From assembly GCF_036588685.1 (NCBI RefSeq), contig NC_086384.1, forward strand, positions 45,260,001 through 45,324,000: 64,000 nucleotides of DNA, written 5' to 3'. Source of the stretch: Mytilus trossulus (taxonomy: Eukaryota). The position numbers and the translations under genes were made by a program. Shown here in pieces: positions 52,845 to 64,000 of the stretch (the first letter of the stretch is position 1; every line of letters starts with the position of its first letter). The notes beneath the pieces are model-generated. The model ran no database searches, was not told the origin of the DNA, and was given only the letters and a program-made list of their open reading frames with translations.

Positions 52845-53475
52845 TGTGCGCAGCCTCCATTCAAACGGATAACCGCATCTTCTGATTCCTGCCATTAGTT
52901 GACTAATGTGTTGCTAACTTAGCAACAACCATTCCTGACGAAGGGTATTGTTTAATTCATGACGTGTTTAAACTGGGGTGCCCTATAGTGTCCCATATAT
53001 GCTGTTCAAATTTGGGCTACGATCGGGCCAAGGAAGATAAACCGAATTCCATTGGAACAATGCATCTTCCTTCACGATGCTAATTTCCAACTTTGGCGAG
53101 CTCTGCACTATATTGGATACGGGCAACTGTTTGTCTGTTCGTCGGCAAAGTCCCCGAAATGGTTTTATCCCACGATAACCAGTAGCAATGAGCCGATCTT
53201 GAACAGTTCTTGTTTAAAGTCTCCTGTATGTTCATCACTCTCTGTTTAGGATTGCATTGTTTGCAATGGGTTTCCTTCTGACTAACCTTCATTATGCTTG
53301 ATTTTCTCTAGCAGATGTTATATAGGGGGTCTTCTTGATCTCGGAAGGTCTTTAACATCGTTTGTTGCCTAATTTTTATTCTCAAACGACTTATTGTGGA
53401 ATGGTGATGACAAACAATACATGCAATTATCACAATGACATACCTGCTTCTCTCATGCTGATTATCTGCCATATT
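52845..53475 (-). pseudogene. Tc1-family transposase remnant (internally deleted, frameshifted)
   Basis: Minus-strand fragments WQIISMREAGMS, HHHSTISRL, DVKDLPRSRRP, TRTVQDRL, LPWPDRSPNLN, HIWDTIG, LRQEW, AVIRLNGG. Confidence 0.85.
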
Positions 53476-53589
53476 GCTGTAGTTATGAGTTGTGGATGAC
53501 CAATTACAAGGTGTCAATCACATAACTTTACAAACTTGATTATTTAAAGTGTTGAAAAATATAGTCCCTAGTGTAAACAGTGTATAACT

Positions 53590-53957
53590 TGCATGTTTTA
53601 TTTGATACATTTTCCCAATTTATTTCTTGATATCAAATGCATGAAATATAAAGTAGGGGGATGTTATTACATGTCAAAAAAATGTGGGTGCTGAATCTTT
53701 ATGTTAAGTAGTGAATTGGTCCAGTTCTAAAAGGTCAAATTTTATCACGTCTGAAGCTGTCAAACTGACTTTTACACCCCCTTAACACAGAATTGTCAAT
53801 ATTTTGAGTTAGAGCTGGTAGAGGTTTCTATAATTTTGATATTATTTGTCTCACTGGTAGTACACTACACTGTAAAAATCATTTTGAGAAAGAGCAGGTG
53901 CGATTTTTTTAATTTGAATTTATTGTCTAAAAGAAATGCACTACGAAATAACTGTGC
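53590..53957 (-). mobile_element. Diverged partial relative of the 58949-59379 MITE
   Basis: aaagaaatgcactacgaaataactgtg is the reverse complement of cacaattatttcgtagtgcatttcttt; internal similarity continues. Confidence 0.65.
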
Positions 53958-54579
53958 CAGGATAAAAGCATCTTTTTTATTGTTTACGAGTACAGTAGCT
54001 ACATGTGCAGATAAGAACTTATCGAGTCGATATTTATTGATTAAACTCAGGTGATATTTAAATATTGTTTAACTAGTTCTATTTCAACAAATTATATCAT
54101 AAAAAAATAAAGAGTGTTTTTTTAATTTGAATTTCAATTTGGTGTTGCAATACTTTTTTCCATGTGTATATTTCCCAAAATTCTCTATCATATGTTTTTC
54201 TTTTTGCTATATAGGGTAACAATTCAAATGAAATGCATATATAAAAAGTCTATAAAATTGTCCACCATTGATATTTACACAGAGGTAATACGCTTGACCA
54301 TATGTCCTAAATGTTGTGTATTACATTTTTTGTCACATAACGATCATATTTGTCGCTGTCAAATAGCCGATTAATAACTTGTACTTTTATGAAAATCTGA
54401 CAACTGAACAAGTATTTTGTTACTATGTGGTACTTATGAGTTAGTATCAAAAGAATACAATAGATAGTTCCTTTATATCAAAATGATTTAATTATATGTA
54501 AACAATCATATTGTCATATCATTTTCCTTTTTTCAAAGTGAGCTACACAGGAACTCTAGAACAGCAACGGTAGACAAAC

Positions 54580-54990
54580 AATATAAAAAAGACAACTCTC
54601 CACAAGATACCAAAAATGACACAGAAATGAACAACTATAGTCACCGTACGGTCTTCAACAATGAGGAAAGCCCATATCGCATAGTAAGCTATAAAAGCTC
54701 TCAAAATGACAATGTAAAACAATTCAAACGAGAAAACTAACAAGGAAAACTAACTGCCTAATTTATGTATATAAACTGAGTGAAAAACAAATATGTAACA
54801 CAGAAACAAACGACAACTACTGAATTACAGGCTCCTGACTTGGGTCAGGTACATACATTGAGAATGTGGCGGGGTTAAACATGTTAGCGGGATACGAACC
54901 CTGCCCTTAACCTGAGACAGTTCTATAACAGAACAACATAAGAACGAACTATAACAATCAGTTGAAAAAGGCTCAACTCATCAGATAGAT
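54580..54990 (-). mobile_element. Family A repeat, minus strand
   Basis: Reverse complement of the 42079-42497 type sequence. Confidence 0.75.
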
Positions 54991-55826
54991 AAAAAGACGT
55001 GGAACCTTTTTCAACTGATATTAATAGTATAAATCCAGTGATAAGTCAAGAAATCATCCGAATTGGTAATTTATAGAACATTTGTGTCACATATGACCAT
55101 GGACATGTCCAAATGTCATAGCAATATTCCGTCTTCTTATATTGCTATGACCATTGGAAGATATCCGTGGTCATCTGTGACACAAATATTCTATAAATTA
55201 ACAATTCGGATGGTTTCTTAAGCTTTTCAGTTGGGCCGTTCATTGCTAGTCTCTAGGGAGATGCCAAATCGTTACTAGTTTTATGTAATGTGTACAATTT
55301 TTTGGGATTCATTTCCAAACGGCTTTTTAGTTTTCTATGTTGTGTTTTGTGTACTATTATTTGTCTGATTTTCTTTTTTTTTTCTAGTCATGGCATTAAC
55401 ATTTTTTTTTTTCGATCTATGAGTTTGAATGCCCTTTGGTATCTTTTGCCCCTCTTTTACATCGTAAGTCGTTTTTCTACTGATTTAAAAAAAAAGAAGG
55501 TATGTGGAGTTGATTAAGTGCTGTTATGGTAAATATATGAATTTCAATTTTATTGTAAGAGTTACTGTATCTATGTTCATGAGGTTTTTTCATAGTTGCA
55601 CACAGAATACAGCACGTGTTTTAATATTCCTTCTTCATTTACTTCGAGGGGTTTCGGGCTTTTATTTAAATGGAAGAGGACCACGATGACGAGGTAGAGA
55701 TTGTGGTGGTGATTGTGACGTTTTTCCGCTCTTAATTTTTCATCTTGTGTTTGTTTTATGATCTTCTTATTATTAATACTCAATGTGTATATCAACCCAT
55801 GTGTTTCTTGATTTTCTTTTGTATAG

Positions 55827-56020
55827 ATTAGACTATTGGTTTTCCAGTTTGAATGGTTTTACGGTAGTTCTTTGGGGGCCCTTTATAGCTTGCTGTTCGA
55901 TGAGAGCCAAGGCTCTATGTTGTAGACCGTTCTTTGACCTATAATGGTTTACTTTTTCAAATTGTGACTTGGATGAAGAGTTGTCTCATTGGCACTCATA
56001 CCACATCTTCTTATATCTAT
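55827..56020 (+). mobile_element. Family B repeat
   Basis: Colinear with 7963-8155. Confidence 0.75.
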
Positions 56021-58948
56021 AAACTTATATACGATATTTTAGGGTGATCACAGGTGCTCCGAAAGGGTAAGCAGATCCTTCTCCACATGTGCCCCTATCC
56101 CCACCCGTCGTGTTGCTAACAGTATTTTCCAGGTTCAGTGAACAGTTCATTGATGACAAGACGAAGTTAGGAAGAAATTGAATATATTCCATTTTAATAC
56201 CGGTATATAAAGCTTAATAAACCAGTAAAAATGAGACAAGATTTATTCAATACATTTTATTTTAAACTGCAATTATACTTCTTTAATCACAAAATGTTAA
56301 CAAAATTACAGATCTCCTAGGTAAATTCAAGAATGGTCGTTAAAAAAAAAGAATACACATAAATCTATTAAACAAAGACACCAACAAACATATTATATAA
56401 TGGTTGTTTATTGTGTTGAATGCCACAAAATTAGTCTTGGTTTACACGAGAAAAGTTATACTGCGATATAATATACGAAAAAATTTCATATTTTTCAATA
56501 TTTGTTTCCTAAATAACTAGTGATGATAACACTGTCAGACAAACAAACACAAATATACCAATGACTACCCACACTGATCTGTGTCCACACTTGTTTCTTA
56601 AATAATAATTAAAAAGTTGAGAATAGAAATGGGGAATAACTTTTCGATAATACAATTATACATCTATGAAGAAAACAAAGAAAACAAAACACTTACATTA
56701 AACAATTAAAAACGACGAAAAGTAACCGGAAAAAACTTGATATAGACTAGTAAATACAACTTTGAACAATAAATACCGTATGTACAGTCATCTATAAAGG
56801 TCACCGTACAATCATTCAGGTTTATATACAACCAAAAAAAACACCTAATAATGGATAAACATTCAACACGAAACAAAAAACAAAAAACAAAAAACTTATA
56901 TCGTTATGTACTGTGATCGTGAAAAAAACTTATAGCTTTTGTACCACATTTGTTCATTAAAATACCACAATAAATAATAGGTATGACATAACAATGTGGT
57001 TTGTTTAAAACAAGCGTGTGGGTTAACATAAGACCAAATCAGTAATGAATAATTTTAATAAGATTTAACACTATCAGTCTTAGGAGACGATCATTTAACA
57101 GTCTTGGAGGTTTTGTTGCGAAAGTTGTCTTTCTTTTCAAAATTTGGTATTGCAGACTATCAATTTTCTTCATGCTATTTATGTCTTTTTTTTTATTTTC
57201 AGTTCTTTTATTTAAAACATGGTATATAATTTCAAAATCCTTCGCCCCAAACTGAAAATTAAACGGTCGCCCCAAAATAGAAAAAGTAAATGAAATGTAA
57301 CTGGTGTATTGTTTTAATCAAATAATAAAACTCCAAGATTAGTTCATCCTTTGATGAAAAAAACCCACACAAAAGTAAGGGTTCATTTCTTGTTAAACCC
57401 CGTGATGTGGATCAGTTCCATGTCAGTATTCTGGTAAGTGGTTGGTCCTTTCTCGTTATGGTATTGTCTACTGTTAAATTTTCATTTAAGAATCTGAAGC
57501 ATTATGGATTATTGTTTTCAAAAGCGCACAACAAAACAAAGTTGGTAACCGATGTCCCAAAAACGGAAATTCGACCAAGGAAGTGATTATACTTTTATTT
57601 TTTGGAGTAAGCAACAATGGAATTATCCCTAGCCCTTAGATAATAAGTTTTAATAACCTTCTGGAACAGGGGGAATTCCAAGATACCAATCAAACATATA
57701 AATAGATGACGGTATTGTCCAAAGATTGTTATCAATATTAACCCACAAAAAAAACCACCAGAAAACACATTGGTTTTTAAAAAAAATTATGTATTATAAC
57801 AATAAATGCATTATGTATCATTATAGTGTTAATTTGTCCTTACATGCACATGATAGATGACGAAACAATAACCTTTTGACAGTATGGTTAGAAACAGATT
57901 TATAGAACATATACATGTAAATTGCTATATTTAATGGTAGAACATGACATTTCTCGTCAATAGTTACAATACTATTTTGTTTGACTATTTTGGAATGTCT
58001 TCCTGTAATATTTTACACCTGACGCGGATCCCGCCATCTTGAAAAGGGTGGTGGTTGTGGGAGAGGGGGCATGTGTGCAATCAACGAATCACCATGTAAA
58101 GTTCCAAACCTAGGTCACTTAATGGATCCGTCTATGCACACAGATTCCATGTACAATAAGAGTCAGTTCATTCTAATTGGAAGAAATATATATATAAAAG
58201 GTTCATTGGGTGTTTGTAACTTTTCTGTTTATTTTACTTTACTTCTGACGAAATAGGCGCATGTGTCATTGATTGGATGCTGTTCACATAACGTCCAGTG
58301 GCAAATTTTTCATTCATAAAATAAAAATCAAGATGAGAATAATACCATAAAGGAGTTTCACTTTATGCGCTACCAGAAATCAGGGTCGACTATTTAGATG
58401 ACAAGAATAATATTTGATAGAGACAGAAAATTTGCCCTGCAACAAGCCTACTACAGAGCATTAAGCCTTTTTTTTTTTAATTTACAGAGCGTTACATCTA
58501 CCTACTTGAGGGATTTTATTTAACGTCCCCATTCCGACTGGACGTAGCTGCATATTCACACATTCAAAGCAAATAAACAGAATACTTCGTATGGGTCTAC
58601 TGACAGATAGGGAAAGTCCATGCCTTTTAGTCATAAAACATAGTTAGTAGTCAGAGTACAAATAAACTCATCATAGATGTCAGGATTGAAATTGTGTAGT
58701 TATAATTTTGTACGCCGAACACCCGTTTGTCTATACCATCAGTCACGCACCAAATAAAGGAAGTTGAGCATTGAGTACACAAAATTCCGAAAGGTTTTGC
58801 CAAATACAGTTAATGTAAGCCTGGAAATAAACCGTGATTCTAAACATTCGTAAAATTCAAAGTTTTGATTTATGAGTCTGAGTACAATAATGACCATACA
58901 TATTATAGTTAACCTGTTGTGTATTGTCATGTTTGACATGACATATCT

Positions 58949-59379
58949 GGTCCGAGACCACAATTATTTCGTAGTGCATTTCTTTTAGAACATAAATGAC
59001 AATAAAAAAAATCCCTTCTGCGCTTTCTCAAAAGAATTTTTTACAGTGTGTTGTACTACTTTTGGGACAAATTATAGAAAACTTCATCGGCTCTAACTCA
59101 AAATATGGACAATTTTATGTTTAGGGCGTCTTGAAATCTTTTGACAGCTTCCGAAGTGCTAATTTTTAACCTTTTTCAGCTTGAACAAATCACTACTTTC
59201 CTTTAAAATTCTGGACCCAAATTTTTTTACAGTGTAATTTCACCCCCTACTTGCAATTTGAGGCATTTAATATGGAGAAATAAATTTGGAAGGGGTATAA
59301 AAATTAATGGCAAGTAACCCACTGTCAACACTAGGGACTATATTCGTGAACAACGGGACGACAATTGTGGTCTCGGACC
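58949..59379. mobile_element. MITE with 17-bp TIR GGTCCGAGACCACAATT
   Basis: Perfect inverted termini; TSD not clear. Confidence 0.8.
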
Positions 59380-60348
59380 TAATACTATATATATAAATAG
59401 AAATTATCACCGCTAGTTCACGTTTAACGTGATGATGAAAATTTCTACAGAAGTAATCACATGTTAGTGCAGAAAGTTAGAAAAAAATAATTTAACATCA
59501 TGTTTAAAATCATACAAGGCGCTTATAAACAATATGATTAATCGATTATACCAATGTTATGAATATAAATTACATATGTATTACTTTTTTTCGCTTGTTA
59601 TCTGGCTAAAATGTCATAATTTGCTAACAATTAAATCAATAATATACACTAATAGTAATATTTAAGAACACCAACATGCATAAAAAAAAATGCAAGCTAA
59701 TTTGTCACTGAGTAATGTGGGTTTCTTTTTTAATACTCCTTCAATGCTGATTTTCAACTTGTTGAGCCGTTATTTATTTTAACAACATGAAATTCGATCG
59801 GTTAAGATTTCTTGTGTTGAGTAAATTGTTTTGTTAATTTGTTTGACATCATCAGACAATCAGAAAAGCCTCTATTTCTTCGGAGGATACAATATTAAAT
59901 CAAAACATAGATGAAATAAATAAATCACAAAATTTTTTAAATCTTGGTATAAAATTCTGAGAACATTATGTCTACATTTCTACATTGTGTACGTACGACT
60001 TTTCTACAGTTTCAAACAGAGCACATTTCGATATATCTAAAAAGACTTAAAATTTGTAGAAACTGAATATTTATGCATTTTTACCCTTTTTGTAACCCTT
60101 AAATGACGATGTCGACGAATTCATATGATGCGTAACACAGAACATGTAAAAAGTATCTTTCAATGACTATCAGCACCAAAAGTCTACAAAACTTGAATTC
60201 GTATGATGCGTCACACAGAATAACATGTAAAGAGTATCTTTTAGTGACTGTCAGCACCAAAAGTCCACAAAACTTGATAATACTTGAATATTTGTTTTAG
60301 CTCAGAAAGTACATGTGTTTAATAGTGTTCAAAACTAGCCCATGTAAA

Positions 60349-61453
60349 TTAACTTGTAAACCATTCCGTATTTACTTGTTTAACTTCAAATCCTACATCT
60401 GTGTCTTTTCCAACCAGCCATTTTGATTTTACACAGATACCCAGTGTTGAAATAGAAGTAAATTCCCAATACGGAGATGACGGAAATTCCCGAACGGAAC
60501 CTGCCGGATAAAAATGACCTACATTTCGTATCGATTGCGCAGATATTTCTGTATTATTTGAATTGAAACCTAAATTATCAGCTCGAATCGCCATTATATG
60601 GTTATCATTTTCTTTAACTATAATTCTCACTGAACTCCCGTGTGATCTCACGGAATCAATCAAGTCTTCTTTTGATTTTTTAGTTACAGATTTTGAGTTG
60701 AAGGTTGATATGGCTCGTTTCCAATGCCTGGTATCCATGAACCACTTGACCGAATGTCTTCCCCCGGACATTCCTTTGTATTTGATATCACCTACAAATG
60801 GACGGATTGTTTCTACTTCGCCAGTCGTCGCAACATGTTGCCAGAACCAGTACACATCTTCTTGAAAAACATCAACGTCTTTTTTCGAAACATGGCCCAA
60901 TAATTGAGCACTAACTTGTCCATCTTTAATAAGAAGATTATCTGCTTCAATACTGTATGGACCTACAACAATTCTAACTCGATGTCCAGATAATATTCCA
61001 GCTTTTAAAAGATCAAGAGATCCGTCAATTGGCTCACCGTTGCCATCATGACTATAGGCTAACTGCCAACACGAATCAGCATACCACTTAATGTCAAACT
61101 TTGACTTGGAATGGCCAGAATTTTTATGTTCCCCAATACTCCATCTTGACATATCGACCTCACCTTCAGACGACCATAACGTAAACCACCAAAATGCGTC
61201 ATTAGTAAATACAGCATGTTTATCGACTGCGACTTGACTAACAGCCCAAATGCTTTCTGCACCAATAGTGTTTTTTCGTTTGGAATATGCAGCATGCTCT
61301 ATACGTGTGGCGTATCCGAGTCCTTCATCGACAACCCGTAAGTCTGATCCGGAAGCAACGGCGTCGAAAAGATTCGATTTCGGACCACAAGCAATCTCAT
61401 TGGTGCAGTATATTGGAGTTGTTCCGTTCTTATAGTCATCACAATTGATAGTC
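60349..61453 (-). CDS. Terminal exon of a protein made of tandem ~130-aa repeats of an unnamed domain (three repeats in this exon)
   Basis: tttctcgattttAG acceptor (61455-61454), phase 2, matching the upstream donor (AG|G = Arg); open to TAA; recurring GS..L...V..G..VR, YW.F...TTG.V, W..G and W(F/Y).D motifs. Confidence 0.88.
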
Positions 61454-62669
61454 CTAAAATCGAGAAACATATCAATTGTGATTTGAATATTATCTCTCTT
61501 ACGTGTATAGTAATCAGCATTGTCCCTTATTGTCATTGTATTATAATATTTAGTTGAAGACCGGTTTAACTCATTGTATGAACCATGTTACTGTTTTTTG
61601 TGTCGTTGTTTGATAATATTTAGTTGAAGACCGGTTTAACTCATTGTATGAACCATTTTACTGTTTTTTGTGTCGTTGTTTGATAATGTTTAGTTGAAGA
61701 CAATTTTAACTCACCGTATGAAACAGGCTAATCGCGTTCTCATTGTTGTACGATATCATTTAGATTCACCATATGATGTACCACGATATGTTTTGTCGTT
61801 GCATGAGTACATTTAGTTGAAGACAGGTTTAATTCATCGTATGAACCATGCTATTGGTAATTTTTGTCGTTGCATGAGTACATTTAGTTGAAGACAGGTT
61901 TAATTCATCGTATGAACCATGCTATTGGTATTTTTTGTCGTTGCATGAGTACATTTAGTTAAAGACAGTCAGGTTTAATTCATCGTATGAACCATGCTAT
62001 TGGTAATTTTTGTCGTTGCATGAGTACATTTAGTTGAAGACAGGTTTAATTCATCGTATGAACCATGCTATTGGTAATTTTTGTCGTTGCATGAGTACAT
62101 TTAGTTGAAGACAGGTTTAATTCATCGTATGAACCATGCTATTGGTAATTTTTGTCGTTGCATGAGTACATTTAGTTGAAGACAGGTTTAATTCATCGTA
62201 TGAACCATGTTATTGGTAATTTTTGTCGTTGCATGAGTACATTTAGTTAAAGACAGGTTTAATTCATCGTATGAACCATGTTATTGGTAATTTTTGTCGT
62301 TGCATGAGTACATTTAGTTGAAGACAGGTTTAATTCATCGTATGAACCATGCTATTGGTATTTTTTGTCGTTGCATGAGTACATTTAGTTAAAGACAGGT
62401 TTAATTCATCGTATGAACCATGCTATTGGTAATTTTTGTCGTTGCATGAGTACATTTAGTTGAAGACAGGTTTAATTCATCGTATGAACCATGCTATTGG
62501 TAATTTTTGTTGTTGCACGAGTACATTTAGTTGAAGACAGGTTTAATTCATCGTATGAACCATGCTATTGGTAATTTTTGTCGTTGCATGAGTACATTTA
62601 GTTGAAATCAGGTTTAATTTACCGTATAAACCATGTTATTGGTATTTGTTGTCGTTGTATGAGAACATT

Positions 62670-63047
62670 GTACTGTTATACCACTGTCCCAGGTTAGGGG
62701 GAGGGTTGGGATCCCGCTAACATGTTTAACCCCCGCCCGCCACATTATTTAGGTATGTGCCTGTCCCAAGTCAGGAGCCTGTAATTCAGTGGTTGTCGTT
62801 TGTTTAAGTGTTACATATTTGTTTTTGGTTTATTTTTTTATATAAATCAGGCCGTTAGTTTTCTCGTTTGAATAGTTTTACATTGTCTTATCGGGTACCT
62901 TTTATAGCTGACTATGCGGTATGGTCTTTGTTCATTGTTGAAGGCCGTGAAGTCCGTACGGTGACCTATAGTTGTTAATGTCTGTGTCATTTTGGTCTTT
63001 TGTGGACAGTTGTCTCATTGGCAATCCTATCACATCGTCTTTTTTAT
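62670..63047 (+). mobile_element. Family A repeat inserted in the 71-bp minisatellite
   Basis: Interrupts a unit at gagaacatt|...|ttagttgaa. Confidence 0.8.
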
Positions 63048-63212
63048 ATTTAGTTGAAAACAGGTTTTACTCACCTAATGAACCATGTTATAGTCATTAT
63101 TGTCGTTGTATGAGAACATTTAGTTGAAGACAGGCTTAACCCACCTTATGAACAAGGTTATTGATATTTGTTGTTGCTGTATGAGAACATATAGTTAAAG
63201 ACATGTTTAATT

Positions 63213-63372
63213 TTTTTGGAATTTTGGTCCTCAATGCTCTTCACCTTCGTACTTTATTTGGCCTTTTTAACTTTTTTTGGATTCGAGCGTCACTGTTTAG
63301 TCTTTGAGACAAAACGCGCGTCTGGCGTATATACAAAATTTAGTCCTGGTATCTATGATGAGTTTATTTAAT
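63213..63372 (+). mobile_element. Retrozyme/Penelope-associated repeat fragment with a mutated type I hammerhead; other fragments on the minus strand at 31465-31540 and 58655-58870
   Basis: gagcgtca-ctgtttag-tctttgagac-aaaac-gcgcg-tc-tggcgt keeps the hammerhead topology with core substitutions; apparent tttaatt target duplication. Confidence 0.6.
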
Positions 63373-63476
63373 TCACCGTATGAGGACAAGGTTAATCTAA
63401 TTCTTGTCTATGTAAGAGAACATTTAGTTGAAGAATTGAAAATATTTTAAATTGGTGGAAGACAGGTTTTACTCAC

Positions 63477-63843
63477 CTAATGAACCACGTGATTGTCATT
63501 CTTGTCGTTGTATCTGCTTCCGGTTTGCTATGGTCGCCAACATACCAGCGAGCTTGGTTTACATGACCAGTAGTACAGATTAAGAGAAATCTCCAGTAAA
63601 CATATCTTGTAAATGTATCCCACGAATCTTTGCCAATATGCATAATTGATTGACAGCAGATTTCATTGTCAGTAACGTAAGCATTGTTTACATCCATTAG
63701 AACATCTGCACCAAAATCTAATTTATGGACTTTAATGCGCATGTCAGCACCAGATTGCACATATTTTATTAATTGTTCTTTGCTGCCACGTGAATTTCCA
63801 TAATCATCGGTTTCCAGAACAGACTTCCATTTACTGTTACAAA
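63477..63843 (-). CDS. Penultimate exon of the same repeat-domain gene (one repeat); gene starts beyond the right edge
   Basis: ctttttgtacAG acceptor (phase 1), CNSKWKSV...GSKEQLIKYVQSGADMR...YWRFLLICTTGHV...WFIR, TTAG|GTGAGT donor at 63476. Confidence 0.88.
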
Positions 63844-63892
63844 CTGTACAAAAAGACATGTTTAATGAAATCATTGTTTTAAGAACATCAAG

Positions 63893-64000
63893 GTCAAAAG
63901 TAAAATCACAAAAATACTAAACTCCGAGGAAAATTCAAAAAAGAAAGTCCATAATCAAATGGCAAAATCAAAAGCTCAAACACATCAAACGAATGGACAA
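63893..64000. repeat. Family C repeat fragment running off the right edge
   Basis: Homologous to 11310-11436. Confidence 0.65.

Larger units (their letters stand above)
61548..63470. repeat. Intronic 71-bp minisatellite (~20 units) derived from the exon/donor junction; interrupted by two insertions
   Basis: Period 71; the unit aligns to 63455-63515. Confidence 0.95.

Noticed and set aside
60117-60276. ~79-bp direct duplication downstream of the repeat-domain gene; similar small duplications at 2250-2340, 5320-5420, 6060-6180
   Set aside because: Ordinary local slippage duplications with no further structure
61454-61536. N-terminal MTIRDNAD... part of the 395-aa ORF
   Set aside because: Lies upstream of a good phase-matched splice acceptor, so it is intronic; the same applies to the MISLNMSFCT start of the 63473-63874 ORF
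61548-62668. CRISPR-like regular repeat array
   Set aside because: Contiguous tandem units with no unique spacers, no cas genes, eukaryotic intron context

Overview
AT-rich eukaryotic genomic DNA. The interspersed-repeat content and an intronless B-box/coiled-coil/beta-propeller gene point to a bivalve mollusc, probably Mytilus; this is inferred from recalled repeat families, not from a search. Host genes: (i) the first two coding exons and promoter of a minus-strand CCDC30-like gene (10730->3615, continuing off the left edge); (ii) an intact RING-less TRIM-like gene (39290-41074); (iii) the last two exons of a minus-strand protein built from four copies of an unnamed ~130-aa domain (63843->60349). 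The centre holds a young Ty3/Gypsy LTR element (20121-30375) with identical 200-bp LTRs and an AGTT TSD. It lacks gag and protease, and its integrase zinc finger is split by a 4.37-kb CACTA/EnSpm-type non-autonomous DNA transposon that carries older nested cargo. Also present: Tc1, Penelope-like and LINE remnants, SINE/MITE/Helentron-type repeats, degenerate hammerhead-ribozyme repeats, a foldback-like element and several minisatellites. The most unusual observation is a 71-bp intronic minisatellite that is an amplified copy of its own gene's exon/5' splice-site junction, in which the most amplified variant has lost the GT. There are no CRISPR arrays or prokaryotic features, and most short ORFs in the track are spurious.
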